From the NCBI GenBank assembly GCA_043228905.1, contig JBHGNT010000008.1, positions 14,136,001 through 14,200,000 of the forward strand: 64,000 nt of DNA, given 5' to 3'. The notes beneath the pieces were generated by a model. It made no database searches. It was not told where the DNA came from and worked only from the letters and a program-made list of their open reading frames with translations. A program made the position numbers and the translations under genes. The stretch is from Azolla caroliniana. Its lineage: Eukaryota > Plantae > Polypodiophyta. The first letter of the stretch is position 1. The number at the start of each line of letters is the position of its first letter. Shown one piece after another: positions 44,552 to 57,159 of the stretch.

Positions 44552-46811
44552 GGAAAACGGTAAGGGTCCAAGGGGACCTACGGATGTGTAAGGTCACACA
44601 CCGTCATTAAAAAAAAAAAAAAAAAAAAAAAAAAACATTAAAAATCGAGGTATGAACGGACGTGAAAGCAAGGCGCGAAAAGGTACGTAGTGGGCATTTA
44701 AGAGCCGCCACGTACTTAATACTAAATCGGTACACGACGTGCGCATGCTCGAAAAAAGGCGCCAAGACGCACAGAGAAAAAGAAGAGCGCATGGAGACCT
44801 TCTTTTTTCGCGAGCCAAGAAGCACAGAAGCACCAAGGCAGTGGAAGCTGAGCAAACACGAACCTGCACGCAGAGAACCCCCGCGCTCAGAACGCTCTCT
44901 CTCTCGCTCTCACTCTCATCACCACTCTACTTCGCCATCTTCCCTCGACCTTGAAGCAGACATGGAACCACAAACGCTGTCGGAAGCGGCCAGGAAATGG
45001 TTCAGGCAACACGGACTGGAGGGGTTCTTCGCCATCATGGAGGCACCGCCGCACAGAGAAGCCGACCGGGTCATCAAGGAGCTTGCCACAGAGGTCATCA
45101 CCGAGGAAGCGATCCGTGCGCTAACAGGCCTTCCGGAGGGAGGAATCTTTCAGATCGATAACCCAACCTCGGAGCAACTCATCCGATATTTCAGTGAGTA
45201 CTCTGTTGCCGGCAAAGGCTATCGGACGCAGGGCGGCGAAGATCCGCTATTCAGGGAGATAGCTCGAGTGCTCCATGAGTACGGCCACGTGTACCCCCGA
45301 CCCCCTGTCATGCCAAAAAATCGGGCAGGGATGATCATAGCCACCTATGAAGGGATCAAGGTGGACTGGCCGGTGTTGATTGCAGACGGTTTGTGCACGG
45401 CAATCGACATGGTACGAGGAAAGGACGGCAAGGAGGGCCGGAAGCTGTGGCACGCCGTAGCTCAATGGATAACATTGCTCGTGCCGCCGGTCGAGACCGT
45501 CCAGCCAAAGAAGCGGCCAAGAGTATCGGAAGGAAGCACCTCGAAGCCGGCGTACAAACGATAGCAGCTGCTGGCGTCGAAGGCGACGAAAGGGAAGAAA
45601 CGGGTCCCAGAACCGGAGGAGGTGTCACCGGTTCGACCCGTCAAGATAACCATACGGAGACCGGGACAGAAGGAACCGGAACCCTTGACGGCACAGAAAC
45701 ATGCCGTGACGCAGGAAGAGGAAACGGAGGAGCCAGAAGAGCACCTCCAACGACGGTCAAGAAGTAGGACCGCCGAGACAGGAGGGGAGCGGTCGTACCC
45801 GCGAGAGGCAGAAACGCCCCCAACTCAACCTGAGCAAACCACAAGGGAGGAACCGGAACCGGTGCGTAGGGAACCGGTCTTGTCGACTTCTATAGAAGAA
45901 GTCATTCCAACGGCTCCGGAGACGGCGAGAACCGGAACTCAACAGCCGGCGAGCCCAGCCAGAACACACGGCGGCCAAGCAGTAGAACCAGAACGGCATA
46001 TGCAGGCACTCAGGCCAGACAATTCCACAGTGAATGAGCCGACCCGACCAGTACAGCAACAAGGCACCAGTAGCATGTGGCTACGGTGGGTAGGCGAGCA
46101 AATCGCCGGAGTGGTCGAGTATATAGAGGCGGAGGAGAGAGCGCACCAGGAACGGTTGCTCGTCACAACCGTAGATCTAGAAACGGCCCGGTCCAAAATC
46201 CGGAGCCTTGAACAAGACTTGGACAGGGTCACAAGGGAAATGGCTCAAGTGGCTTTGACAACACAAGTCCAAGCACCGGTGACTCCGGGCAATGTACAGA
46301 ATAAAGCGGCAGATCAACCTGTACATAGCAATCAGACCCCGGCAACGGAAACCGTTCCGGAGAGAAATGCGGCACAAGCCCAAGAGCTTGCGGATTTAAA
46401 GGATGAGCTAGCTGCCCAAGAAGCGCTGAGGAGCCGCGAAAGAGAATTGAAGACGGCAGCGGAGGCAGAACTCAAAAAGACTGCTGAGAATCTACGCCGG
46501 GCCGAGGAGAGCTTACGGAAAGGCCACCAAGCGTACGACCGGCTCAAGGAGGAGAAGGAGAAAATGCTGCAAGAGAAGGAGAGACTCCGGAGGAACGCCG
46601 AAACAGAAGTAGAGCGCCTGAAGGAGGAACTCCGGCAGGTAAAGGACCGGGAGGACCGGAACCATCGCCAGATCAACGGCAAGCTCAAACAAAAGACGGA
46701 GGAATTTGAGCAATTGCACCGGGAGTATAAACGGTGTTGGGATTTTCGGTCCCTCCGGATGGGATGTCCGGAGATGAATGACGGCAAGCCTGGTTGCGGT
46801 TACGGAACCGG

Positions 46812-46995
46812 AGGATGAAGAGAAGACCCCGGCTACGGAGCCGGATGACGAAGACCCGGCTACGGAGCCAGATGATGAAGACCCCGGCTACGGAGCCGGA
46901 TGACGAAGACCCGGCTACGGAGCCGGATGATGAAGACCTCGGCTACGGAGCCGGATGACGAAGAGAAGACCCCGGCTACGGAGCCGGATGATGAA
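46812..46995 (+). repeat. 27-33-bp tandem repeat in C5 U3 (6 units here, 4 in the 3' LTR)
   Basis: AAGACCC(C)GGCTACGGAGCCGGATGAYG units. Confidence 0.9.
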
Positions 46996-47172
46996 TGTAC
47001 CCGGAGAGAGATCCGGATGCGGGGACATATTTGTGAATATGTTTGCCAAGGGCCCTTGAGGCTATATTTGTAAATAGCCCGAAAGTCATATGTGTATAAA
47101 TATGACTTAGGGCAAACAGTTTAAGTTGTTGCTTATTTTTCTTGTTTCACTCAGAGAGAGAAAAGAGAGCAG

Positions 47173-47207
<35 letters not shown>

Positions 47208-47502
47208 GAAGAGGTCGTTGCCTCTGTGTATTACCGCCGCCTGTGGCGAAGACAGTGAGTTCAAGGTTGTTGCCTTGAAGCTTCACCATTGTACATCTCT
47301 GTTCATAGTGATAGTTGGAGTTTGAGGACTCCCGTGGTTTTTTCCCATTTAGGGTTTTCCACGTAAAATATCCTGTGTACTCTTCTCTCTATTGTCTTCG
47401 TGTACTTTGTATTTCCTATTTTCTGTGAGTTGATCCTATTCCTCGGTTGTGGCCGAGCACCGTGAGCAACAAATTGGTATCAGAGCGACGGTAACACAGA
47501 AA

Positions 47503-50500
47503 ATGGAAGGCGGCGGTAGTGGGCCTCCGGGCATGATGGTGTTGAACTCATAGAACTACGCCGACTGGAAGATAAAGATGGAAGACCTTCTCATCGTCCG
47601 AGACCTGTACGAACCGATCGACAATGCCGAGATACCCAAGGGGGTAATAGAGTCGGAGTGGAAGCTCCTGAACCGGAAAGCCGTAGCGACGATCCGGCAA
47701 TATGTCGATGTAAGTGTCCTGCAACATGTGACGAACGATACGAACGCCTATGAGATGTGGAAGAAGCTGTCGGGCCTCTATGAGAGGAAGAATGCGTTGA
47801 ACCGGACCTCCCTGATGAGGAAGATAGTGAACCTCAAGTACCGGGACGGCGAGAATATGGTGGAACACGTGAGCACGTTCATGGGATTCGTGAACCAGCT
47901 TGCGGCGATCAAGTTCCCGTTGGAGGATGCAATGCAAGCCATCATTCTGATGTGTACATTGCCAGAAAGCTGGGAGAACTTGGTGGTGACTCTCAGCACC
48001 TCCTGCACCGAAGATAACTTGTCCCTACAAACGGTAAAGACAAGTATTTTGAATGAAGAAGCGCGTCGGAGAGATAAAGAACCGGCCTCCGATCCGAAGA
48101 TGCTGCTTACCGAATCGGATCGGGGAAGACAACGGAACCGGAGTCCGCAAAGACGGGAGAAGTCGGGGACCCGGTCGCAGTCAAGAGGAAGACCCACATG
48201 TTTCCACTGTGGGAAGCCGGGGCACTTCCGGAAGAATTGTCGGTATTACCGAAAGGACAACGGAGCCGACGACACCGATTCGAAGAAGTCACCGGAGCGA
48301 AACGGTGCATACCGGGGAGCCACGGACCGGAGAGGTCCGGATCGGCGAGGGCAAGACCGAAAAGGAACGACGGCACTCGCGGCAAGTGAAGAAGAGATAA
48401 TGCTCATTACCGAAGAGAGGGAGCTGAACCTTGCCAGTGAAGAGATGACCTGGGTGGTCGATTCCGGAGCGTCGTTCCACCTGACCCCGGAGAAGAAATA
48501 CTTCTCATCCTACACAGCCGGTGAGCATGGCTGTGTCCGGATGGGAAATGAAGGTACATGCCGGATTGCCGGCATAGGAGACGTGTGGCTGATGACATCA
48601 ACCGGATGCAAGATGCTGCTGAAGGATGTACGACACGTTCCGGAGGTCCGATTGAACCTGATTTCGGCCGGGAGGCTAGACGATGAAGGCTACACGGGTA
48701 GCATCCGGAACGGTGTCATGAAGTTCAGCAAAGGGAGCCTGGTAGTGGCTCGGGCCCGGAAGGTCAACACACTGTACCTGATGAATTCTCGGCTATGTCC
48801 GGAGGAGCTGAACGTGGCAGCCGATACTGCCGGTGAGCTGTGGCACAAGAGACTGTGTCACATGAGTGAGAAGGGGATGAAGAGGCTTGCAGAAGACAAC
48901 CTTATTCCAGTGAAGCATGTGCACCTGGAGAAGTGCACCGATTGCCTGGCCGGTAAGCACAACCGGACCTCCTTCCGCTCAAGACCACCGATGAGACGTA
49001 GTGTACCATTGGAGTTGGTACACACTGATGTGTGCCAGGTAGAAACGAAGTCACATGGCGGAGCCCAGTACTTCGTAACATTCATAGATGACCATAGCCG
49101 GAAGCTGTGGACGGCACCGTTGAAGACAAAGGACCAAGTATTGTCCGTCTTCAAAGAACTCCACGCGAGAGTGGAAAGGGAATCCGGCAGGGAGCTGAAA
49201 GCGATACGAGCGGATAACGGAGGGGAATACCGGGGGCAGTTCCAGGAGTACTGTCGCTCGAAGGGAATCCGGCTCGAGTTTACTGTGCCGAAGACGCCGG
49301 AACTGAACGGGCTGGCCGAGAGGATGAACCGGACCATAATGGAGAGGGTCCGGAGTATGTTAGCACATGCGAAATTACCCAAGGGACTTTGGGCTGAGGC
49401 AATGTCGACGGCGACATATGTGATAAATAGATCACCCTCAGTACCCCTGGATGGAGACACGCCACAGAGAGTGTGGACCGGTAAGGAAGTGTCCTACCGG
49501 CATCTGAAGGTGTTCGGGTGTCTCGCATACGTGCATGTGGCAAAGGACCGGAGAGGAAAGTTAGATCCAAAGACCCGGCCATGCATATTCCTCGGTTACG
49601 GCGACGACGAGTTCGGCTACCGAGTATGGGACCCGGTCGACAAGAAGATATTCAGGAGTCGAGATATCATCTTCATGGAGGACAAGACACTCGCCAACTG
49701 GGAGTCGGAGAAGAAGATGAAGAGCTCCAAGTCGACCAGTGAGAATCAACTCTACGAGGAGCAGTCCCGACCGGCAAGGGACCGGTTAGCACTCGAGGAT
49801 CCGGCCGAAGACGGTGAAGAAACAGAACCGGCCGAGGAAGATGAAACAGATACCGGAACCGGCCCCGATCCCGAAATGGATTCGGATGAAGAGGAAACGG
49901 AGGAGCCGGTTACCGAAGCTCCGGAACGGAGATATCCTCTAAGAGAGAGAAGGGCCCCCCGGAGATTTCCGGAACCAGAACACGTGCTGCTAACCGACGA
50001 GGGGGAGCCGGAGAGTCTTGAAGAAGCAAAGCTTGACACCCATAGCCGCAGGTGGTTAAGTGCCATGCAGGAGGAGATGGATTCTCTGCATGAGAATCAC
50101 ACATATGAACTTGTGGAGTTGCCGAAAGGAAAGCGGGCACTTCGAAACAAGTGGGTGTTCAAGCTGAAACCGGGAGATACAAAGCCAGGATCGTGGTGAA
50201 GGGGTTCCAGCAGAAGAAGGGCGTCGACTTCGACGAGATATTTGCCCCGGTAGTGAAGATGACCTCCATCCGGACGGTGCTGAGCATAGCGGCAAGCATG
50301 GACCTCGAGGTAGAACAGATGGACGTGAAGACGGCATTCCTTCACGGTAACCTCGAAGAAGAGATCTACATGCAACAACCGGAAGGATTCGAGAAGAAAG
50401 GGAAGGAGCACCTGGTATGCCGGTTGAAGAAGAGCCTTTACGGACTGAAGCAGGCTCCCCGGCAGTGGTACCGGAAGTTCGACTCCTTCATGACCGACGA

Positions 50501-51557
50501 AGGGTACCACAAAACGCAGTCCGATCACTGCGTGTTTGTGAAGAAGTTCGAAGGAGGAGACTTTCTAATACTCCTCCTGTACGTGGACGACATGTTGATC
50601 GTCGGACGGGACCAGGTCAAGATACGGATGCTGAAGAAGGCTCTTCACCGAACCTTCTCAATGAAGGACCTGGGTCCGGCGAGGCAAATACTAGGCATGC
50701 ACATCATCCGGGACCGGAAGAAGAAGCAGTTGTGGCTGTCACAGGAGAAGTACGTGACTAAGGTGCTTCACCGGTTCAACATGTCGGAAGCAAGACCGGT
50801 CGGGTCAACCCTCCCGGCAAACTGCAAGTTGTCCAGCAAGCAAAGCCCCAAGACAAAGGCTGAGAAGGAGGACATGATGAAAGTTCCATATGCCTCTGCC
50901 GTCGGAAGCTTGATGTACGCAATGGTGTGTACAAGACCGGACATTGGATACGCAGTCGGAGTGGTGAGCCGGTATATGAGTAATCCCGGCAAGGAGCATT
51001 GGAACGCGGTCAAATGGATACTCCGATACCTGAAAGGCACAACAAACGTGTGCCTTCGATTCGGCTCCGGTAAGCCCGAACTCGACGGCTTTACCGATTC
51101 GGATATGTCGGCTGATGCAGATACCAGCCGGTCCACATCAGGGTATGTGATGACGTATGCAGGGGGAGCTGTTTCGTGGCAGTCAAGGCTACAGAAGACG
51201 GTTGCACTGTCAACCACGGAGGCGGAGTACATGGCGGCTGTTGAAGCCGGCAAGGAAATAATATGGATGAAGGACTTCATTAGAGAGCTCGGTATCCGGC
51301 AGGAGGAGTACCGACTCTACTGCGACAGTCAGAGTGCCATCCACCTTGCGAAGAATGCGGCCTATCACTCCCGGACGAAACACATCCAGCGGAGATACCA
51401 CTGGATCCGGGAAAGGATAGAAGACAAGGAGTTCGTGCTGACGAAGATCCACACGGACGAGAACGGGTCGGATATGCTGACCAAGGTACTTTCACCCGAC
51501 AAGCTGGAAGCATGCCAGAAGAGGATCGGATTGGAGAGACATCCCATGCCGAAGTGA
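47503..51557 (+). pseudogene. C5 Gag-Pol (gag, CCHC, PR DSGA, INT, RT YVDD, RH); early stop at 47551 and a frameshifting deletion near 50178
   Basis: ORFs 47578-50199 and 50151-51557; comparison with C1 shows bases missing between KLKPGD and YKARIV. Confidence 0.95.
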
Positions 51558-51951
51558 AGGGGGAGTTTGTTGGGATTTTCGGTCCCTCCGGATGGGATGT
51601 CCGGAGATGAATGACGGCAAGCCTGGTTGCGGTTACGGAACCGGAGCCAGATGATGAAGACCCCGGCTACGGAGCCGGATGACGAAGACCCGGCTATGGA
51701 GCCGGATGATGAAGACCTCGGCTACGGAGCCGGATGACGAAGAGAAGACCCCGGCTACGGAGCCGGATGATGAATGTACCCGGAGAGAGATCCGGATGCG
51801 GGGACATATTTGTGAATATGTTTGCCAAGGGCCCTTGAGGCTATATTTGTAAATAGCCCGAAAGTCATATGTGTATAAATATGACTTAGGGCAAACAGTT
51901 TAAGTTGTTGCTTATTTTTCTTGTTTCACTCAGAGAGAGAAAAGAGAGCAG

Positions 51952-51984
<33 letters not shown>

Positions 51985-53830
51985 GAAGAGGTCGTTGCCT
52001 CTGTGTATTACCGCCGCCTGTGGCGAAGACAGTGAGTTCAAGGTTGTTGCCTTGAAGCTTCACCATTGTACATCTCTGTTCATAGTGATAGTTGGAGTTT
52101 GAGGACTCCCGTGGTTTTTTCCCATTTAGGGTTTTCCACGTAAAATATCCTGTGTACTCTTCTCTCTATTGTCTTCGTGTACTTTGTATTTCCTATTTTC
52201 TGTGAGTTGATCCTATTCCTCGGTTGTGGCCGAGCACCGTGAACGGTGGGTAGGCGAGCAAATCGCCGGAGTGGTCGAGTATATAGAGGCGGAGGAGAGA
52301 GCGCACCAGGAACGGTTGCTCGTCACAACCGTAGATCTAGAAACGGCCCGGTCCAAAATCCGGAGCCTTGAACAAGACTTGGACAGGGTCACAAGGGAAA
52401 TGGCTCAAGTGGCTTTGACAACACAAGTCCAAGCACCGGTGACTCCGAGCAATGTACAGAATAAAGCGGCAAATCAACCTGTACATAGCAATCAGACCCC
52501 GGCAACGGAAACCGTTCCGGAGAGAAATGCGGCACAAGCCCAAGAGCTTGCGGATTTAAAGGATGAGCTAGCTGCCCAAGAAGCGCTGAGGAGCCGCGAA
52601 AGAGAATTGAAGACGGCAGCGGAGGCAGAACTCAAAAAGACTGCTGAGAATCTACGCCGGGCCGAGGAGAGCTTACGGAAAGGCCACCAAGCGTACGACC
52701 GGCTCAAGGAGGAGAAGGAGAAAATGCTGCAAGAGAAGGAGAGACTCCGGAGGAACGCCGAAACAGAAGTAGAGCGCCTGAAAGAGGAACTCCGGCAAGT
52801 AAAGGACCGGGAGGACCGGAACCATCGCCAGATCAACGGCAAGCTCAAACAAAAGACGGAGGAATTTGAGCAATTGCACCGGGAGTATAAACGGTTGCAA
52901 ACGGAGCACAAGGAACGGACGGATGAGCTCCGGCAAGCAGTTGATCGGACCGCAACCGCATTCGCCAAGGAACAAGCGGAAAACAGAAGACGGTTGGAAG
53001 AGGCGGAGAAGGTTCGGACAGAGCTCCTCAGGCAACAGCAGGCGGAAAAAGAAAGAGCGGCGGAGGTACTGCAGAGGCTGCAAACGACATATCAAGGGCA
53101 GCTGACGCGCTACAGAGAGCAGGCGGAGGATACGGCAAATCTCATCAAGCAGTTGAAGGAGGAGCGACAAGTGGTGGAAAGCAGAGCACAATGGGAGCAA
53201 GTCGCATCCAGGATATCATGCGGGCCTGGTTGAACCAGACCAAGAGCTTGATTGACAACGGCTCCGTCAAATGGTGGAACCAGTGGGCCACGAACGCGGC
53301 GGAACTCCAATTGCTCCGGGCCGACGTAGAGAACCGGCGGAAGGAGGGAGATGATTGCTATATGCTGAATTCTGAAGATTTCACCGGCATAAGAGATGAG
53401 CTGGCCGAAGACTTTCAAGCCTTGGCAGAGGACCAACTAGAGCAAGTCCGGCAACTTGTAGCTCAGCTGGACGACGACAGGCTGGAGGCGTAGATCCAGT
53501 TTGAAAGCTACGAGAGGTCCCGGATCCGGGGAGAGAAAGAACGAGAACCAGTTACGGTCAACCTCAGTGATGAGGAACCCTTACTGGAAGGAGACCGGAC
53601 CGGAAGCAGTCAAACGGAGATGCCGGAGCCAGAGAGACAAACGGAGCAGCCGGAGTCAGCGAAACAAACGGAGCAGCAGTAGCAAGTAGAGCAGCCGGAG
53701 CAGCCTCAGTCCCAACCGCAACCACAGCAGCAGCAGCAAGCACAGCCGCAGCAACCACAACCGGAAGAACAAGTGGAAATTCTTGAACAAAGTATTTTGG
53801 ACAATTTGGGTGAACAATGAAGGGGCCGAG

Positions 53831-53870
53831 AAGGGTTCGACGTACAAGGTACTGTCCCACGGGCGTGCCA
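53831..53870 (+). other. G3 tRNA-3'-end-like element at the PPT position
   Basis: AAGGGTTCGA-CGTACAAGGTACT-GTCCCACGGGCGTGCCA, then TG, then the LTR start TGTTACC. Confidence 0.85.
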
Positions 53871-56800
53871 TGTGTTACCGGCCGGCAAGGAGTCCAAAAT
53901 ACGGAGTGAAGGAATTAATTAGATATGGTTGTAAATGAGCATAGTGTGGACGGACGGACTGGAAACGGTATGCCGTTCCAGATCCGGACGGATCCCGAAT
54001 AGGTGCGAGAGGCACCGTTTTGTACTACGGGCCGGAAACCTATTTAAAGGCCCGGACCCCATTGTAATGACAGCGGATAATTAATAGAGCTTATGATGTT
54101 TATACTTCTGTCTTGATTTCCGTTCTGTAATTACTGTTATATCTTACGCGTGCAATTAACCAAAGCATTCTAATCGTGTAACTTACGTAAGTCGGTGTAA
54201 TCGTCGAATCTTAATCCTATGCCGTAATCACCCTTTGGTGAAGTGTCTCCGTGACACCTTGTGTTAGGCCTTGTCCGGTCAGAGAATAACATGAGTTTGA
54301 AGGGGAGTGTTGAGTGACAAGCTCAACATGGGCCGAATCGACTGAAGAAGCCAAGAGTTGGATCAAACGAAGATCAATTAGCTAGGCCCGAATCGGTTGA
54401 ATAAGTCAAAAGCCAAATCGGTTGCTGGACCTAATCGGTTGGCCGAGTCAAATGGAATCCAACAAGCCTTTAGGGGCCTATTCCTATTTAGTAAATAGGA
54501 ATATTATAGGTTGTTAGTGTCAAATGCGCATTTAATGAGCATTCAAGTACTTGTCAACCCACTCATCAGGGCTTGTATAAAAAGTGCTCTATAAGCACAT
54601 TGTATGTAGTTGAGTACAGAGAATATTTTCTAATAGAAGTTTTGTTGTCTTTCTTTCTTTCATTCGTTCTATCTCTCTCTCCCATCTAATTTCTGTGTAT
54701 ACCTAACTGTTGTATCTCCGAATTACCAACTGTGTACTCTATGTCTTGCACAACGCTTCTACACTCATCTTTTACACTATATTTCTCTAGGCACCATATT
54801 AGTTTAAAAACATCTAGTTAATATAAATTCAAATTACAAATCACTAGTTTAAAAGTCTATATCGTATTCTTGCTAGGGGCTCCGATAAATAATTATATTT
54901 AGAAGCGATTTTGAGGTGCACTTGTGGTGATCATACTTAAGCCCCAAAATGATTCTCCTTAGGAAACAAACTTTGAAATACCTTAGAGTTTTCTTTACTT
55001 AACGAAATGCTCCTAAGTTTTTGTTATTTTCCCAAATGACCTTCGTTAATCAATCTTTGCAAAAGTGGTGATGTGTGCCATTTGACGAATCAATTTTTTC
55101 TCCATTATAACTACAATATGATCAATGCATCTCCTTTAGGGTTGACCCAATGCCTTTTGTGAAAGTATTAAAAAGTTTATCCCAAAATTTTTAATATTTT
55201 CCTAAACAATTTGCATTCTTTTTAGGTTAATTGTACAAGTTGCATGAAAATTGTGAGGTCAATGGCTCTTTGCAATAAAAAAAGGTTGTTGAAGCCATAA
55301 CTCATAAACCTAGATAATGGTTCTTTGTTTTCATGTAACAAAAATGAAACATACCCTTTTATCTTCTTATAAAAGCATAAAAAATATGTCATGACATTGA
55401 CATAATAAAGATGCATAATATACAGAAACATCATGGCCTTTGTTGACCACCTTTTGGTTTAGTGGGAAAGTAAAAGGACTCTTCGTTTTTCTCATAATTC
55501 TCAAGAAATACATGAGTTGATGCTGAGATGTTAACATAATAAAAGATTAATTGATGCAAGCAATAATTGTGGCCTTTGATGGCCACATTTCGGGTGTCCC
55601 GCAAAGGTAGAATAATTGAGGAATCACAATCTCTTGATGGTAAACAGAATTCTAAAAGAGAATGGAATTTATTATATATACATTTACATTTTAGTTATAA
55701 AGTGAGGAGTTTTGTGAATGATAGTTGTTCATGTTCAAGGGAAATAGAATAGACCAATATCCCATGAGTTTTACCTTGGGGTTTTGCATGTTTGCTCACC
55801 GACAACATTTGGAGGGAAGTACAAAGGTCCTTTTTATAATGCCAAACAAAATGGTAATATATGAAGTCCGAGAAACTTGTTTCAAACATTGATACAATAT
55901 GTCGTACCAATTGATACAATTTGAAACTCCTTGCATTACAATAATAATCTAATCTGAGACTTTTGAGCGGTTGCAATCGACAATCACCTCAATCACTTCC
56001 TCATTATTGATCCTAGTGATGCATAATTATATACATGAAATAGCTTAGTCAACAAGGTACAAGTTGAAAAACTCTGATAGGGTTTGTAGATGTGCAGTTT
56101 ATTAAAGCTACTCAAAGCGAGTGGCGTCAACAAATGAGCATATCTTGGACGTTTTGAAATAGTTGGAAAATATTTGGGTGAAAGGGGCAAGGTAAGTGTT
56201 TAGAGACTGAAAAAGAAGGAAAGGAAGAAACCAAAGAAAGATTGAATGTATACATTGTTGAGGCATGAAGGAAAGGTCTTATGGGGTGCGGCATTTGCAT
56301 TCATTTGACTGCCAAAAAAGAAGAACCATATTATTGCACTGGTATCATTGGACAAACTGTGTTCAACACTGATATCTACTACTTTGAATGTAGTTGAAAG
56401 TTTCCTAAAAGAAGAGCAAAATGTTCCACCACCATGTATTTTGATTCATATCATTGCACCCAAAATAAATTATTGTAAAAGGAACTTAAAAAAAGGAGGG
56501 AAAAGGAGATAGATACCTCAATACTCTATGAAAATCACTACAACAATGTGTGGAAAATACTTAGAATCGATAGGGAACAAATTTGTTACCTTACAAGAAG
56601 GAAAATACAAGAGAGAGATTCCAAAGATTGGCACTAAACTTTAGCATAATGTATTATTCTGGAATTTCTAGAAAGATAACAACGAGGATGGTTAGACAAC
56701 AACCGGAAGGGTTAAACTTTGCAATGCAAAAGATAAAGCGATTTGACATTCGACAAAATGACCAAAAGATTACAACATCTCTTTGTTTTCGTGCATGACT

Positions 56801-56934
56801 AGTGTTTTCAACACAATCCATGTAGCAAAGGACCCACACTTATGTACATGTGTGCTCATACATGGGGGGTATTTTCACGTGAATCACACACGCGCATCTA
56901 TTCGAATAGAGGGCGAGGTACTACATGATGAGCA

Positions 56935-57159
56935 GGCATCATGTTCTCATTGCTATATAGATGTGATGCACTCTCGAGCAGATATCATGTTCTCATTGCT
57001 ATATAGATGTGTTGCACTCTCGATCAGATATCATGTTCTCATTGCTATATAGATGTGCTACACTCTCGATCAGATATCATGTTCTCATTGCTAGATAGAT
57101 GTGATGCACTCTTGATCAAATATCATGTTCTCATTGCTAGATAGATGTGTTGAACCCTC
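56935..57159. repeat. 46-bp minisatellite, about 5 copies
   Basis: GATATCATGTTCTCATTGCTATATAGATGTGTTGCACTCTCGATCA units (e.g. at 56981 and 57027). Confidence 0.93.

Larger units (their letters stand above)
46735..52242 (+). mobile_element. C5: young Ty1/copia element (5' LTR 46735-47471; 3' LTR 51568-52242, lacking the terminal GCAACA)
   Basis: PBS TGGTATCAGAGC 47475-47486; PPT GAAGTGAAGGGGGAG 51551-51565; flanked by a 652-bp duplication instead of a TSD. Confidence 0.96.
44962..53820 (+). pseudogene. G3 ORF3 (44962-46734 and 52243-53820), interrupted by C5, with stops and a frameshift
   Basis: Collinear with G1 ORF3; TAG at 45562 and 53491 where G1 has Gln. Confidence 0.88.
38244..54291 (+). 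mobile_element. G3: young Athila-like Ty3/gypsy element (5' LTR 38244-38662; 3' LTR 53873-54291), related to G1
   Basis: 419-bp LTRs identical by eye; perfect TSD TGAGT; PBS TGGCGACCACG 38669-38679. Confidence 0.97.
31946..54776 (+). mobile_element. C3: old, 5'-truncated, chimeric Ty1/copia element (INT/RT/RH remnants 31946-38243; 3' LTR 54308-54776) hosting C4 and G3
   Basis: CEACQFGKQ, IHTNVWGP, GCKW, LYVDDLVI, MKDLGDLHYFLGI and RNase H tail motifs; PPT GAAGGGGAG directly before TG at 54308. Confidence 0.85.

Noticed and set aside
45562-45564. Programmed stop-codon read-through in ORF3 or copia gag (also 16396, 47551, 53491)
   Set aside because: The stops fall at different positions in different copies and mostly replace Gln codons, consistent with C>T decay.
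44962-46734. Calling ORF3 an envelope gene
   Set aside because: No signal peptide or transmembrane segment is visible; only the position is env-like.
46812-46995. CRISPR-like array
   Set aside because: These are head-to-tail repeats without unique spacers inside a plant copia LTR, and no cas genes are present. The same applies to 8930-9050 and 56935-57159.
53831-53870. Calling the 3' motif a tRNA gene or SINE
   Set aside because: There is no D-arm, anticodon arm, 5' acceptor strand or A-box; the CCA is encoded and the position is fixed relative to the LTR.
55700-56760. Possible decayed hAT transposase (WTNCVQH resembling WTPCAAH)
   Set aside because: One weak motif amid stops, with no termini found; it cannot be supported without a profile search.
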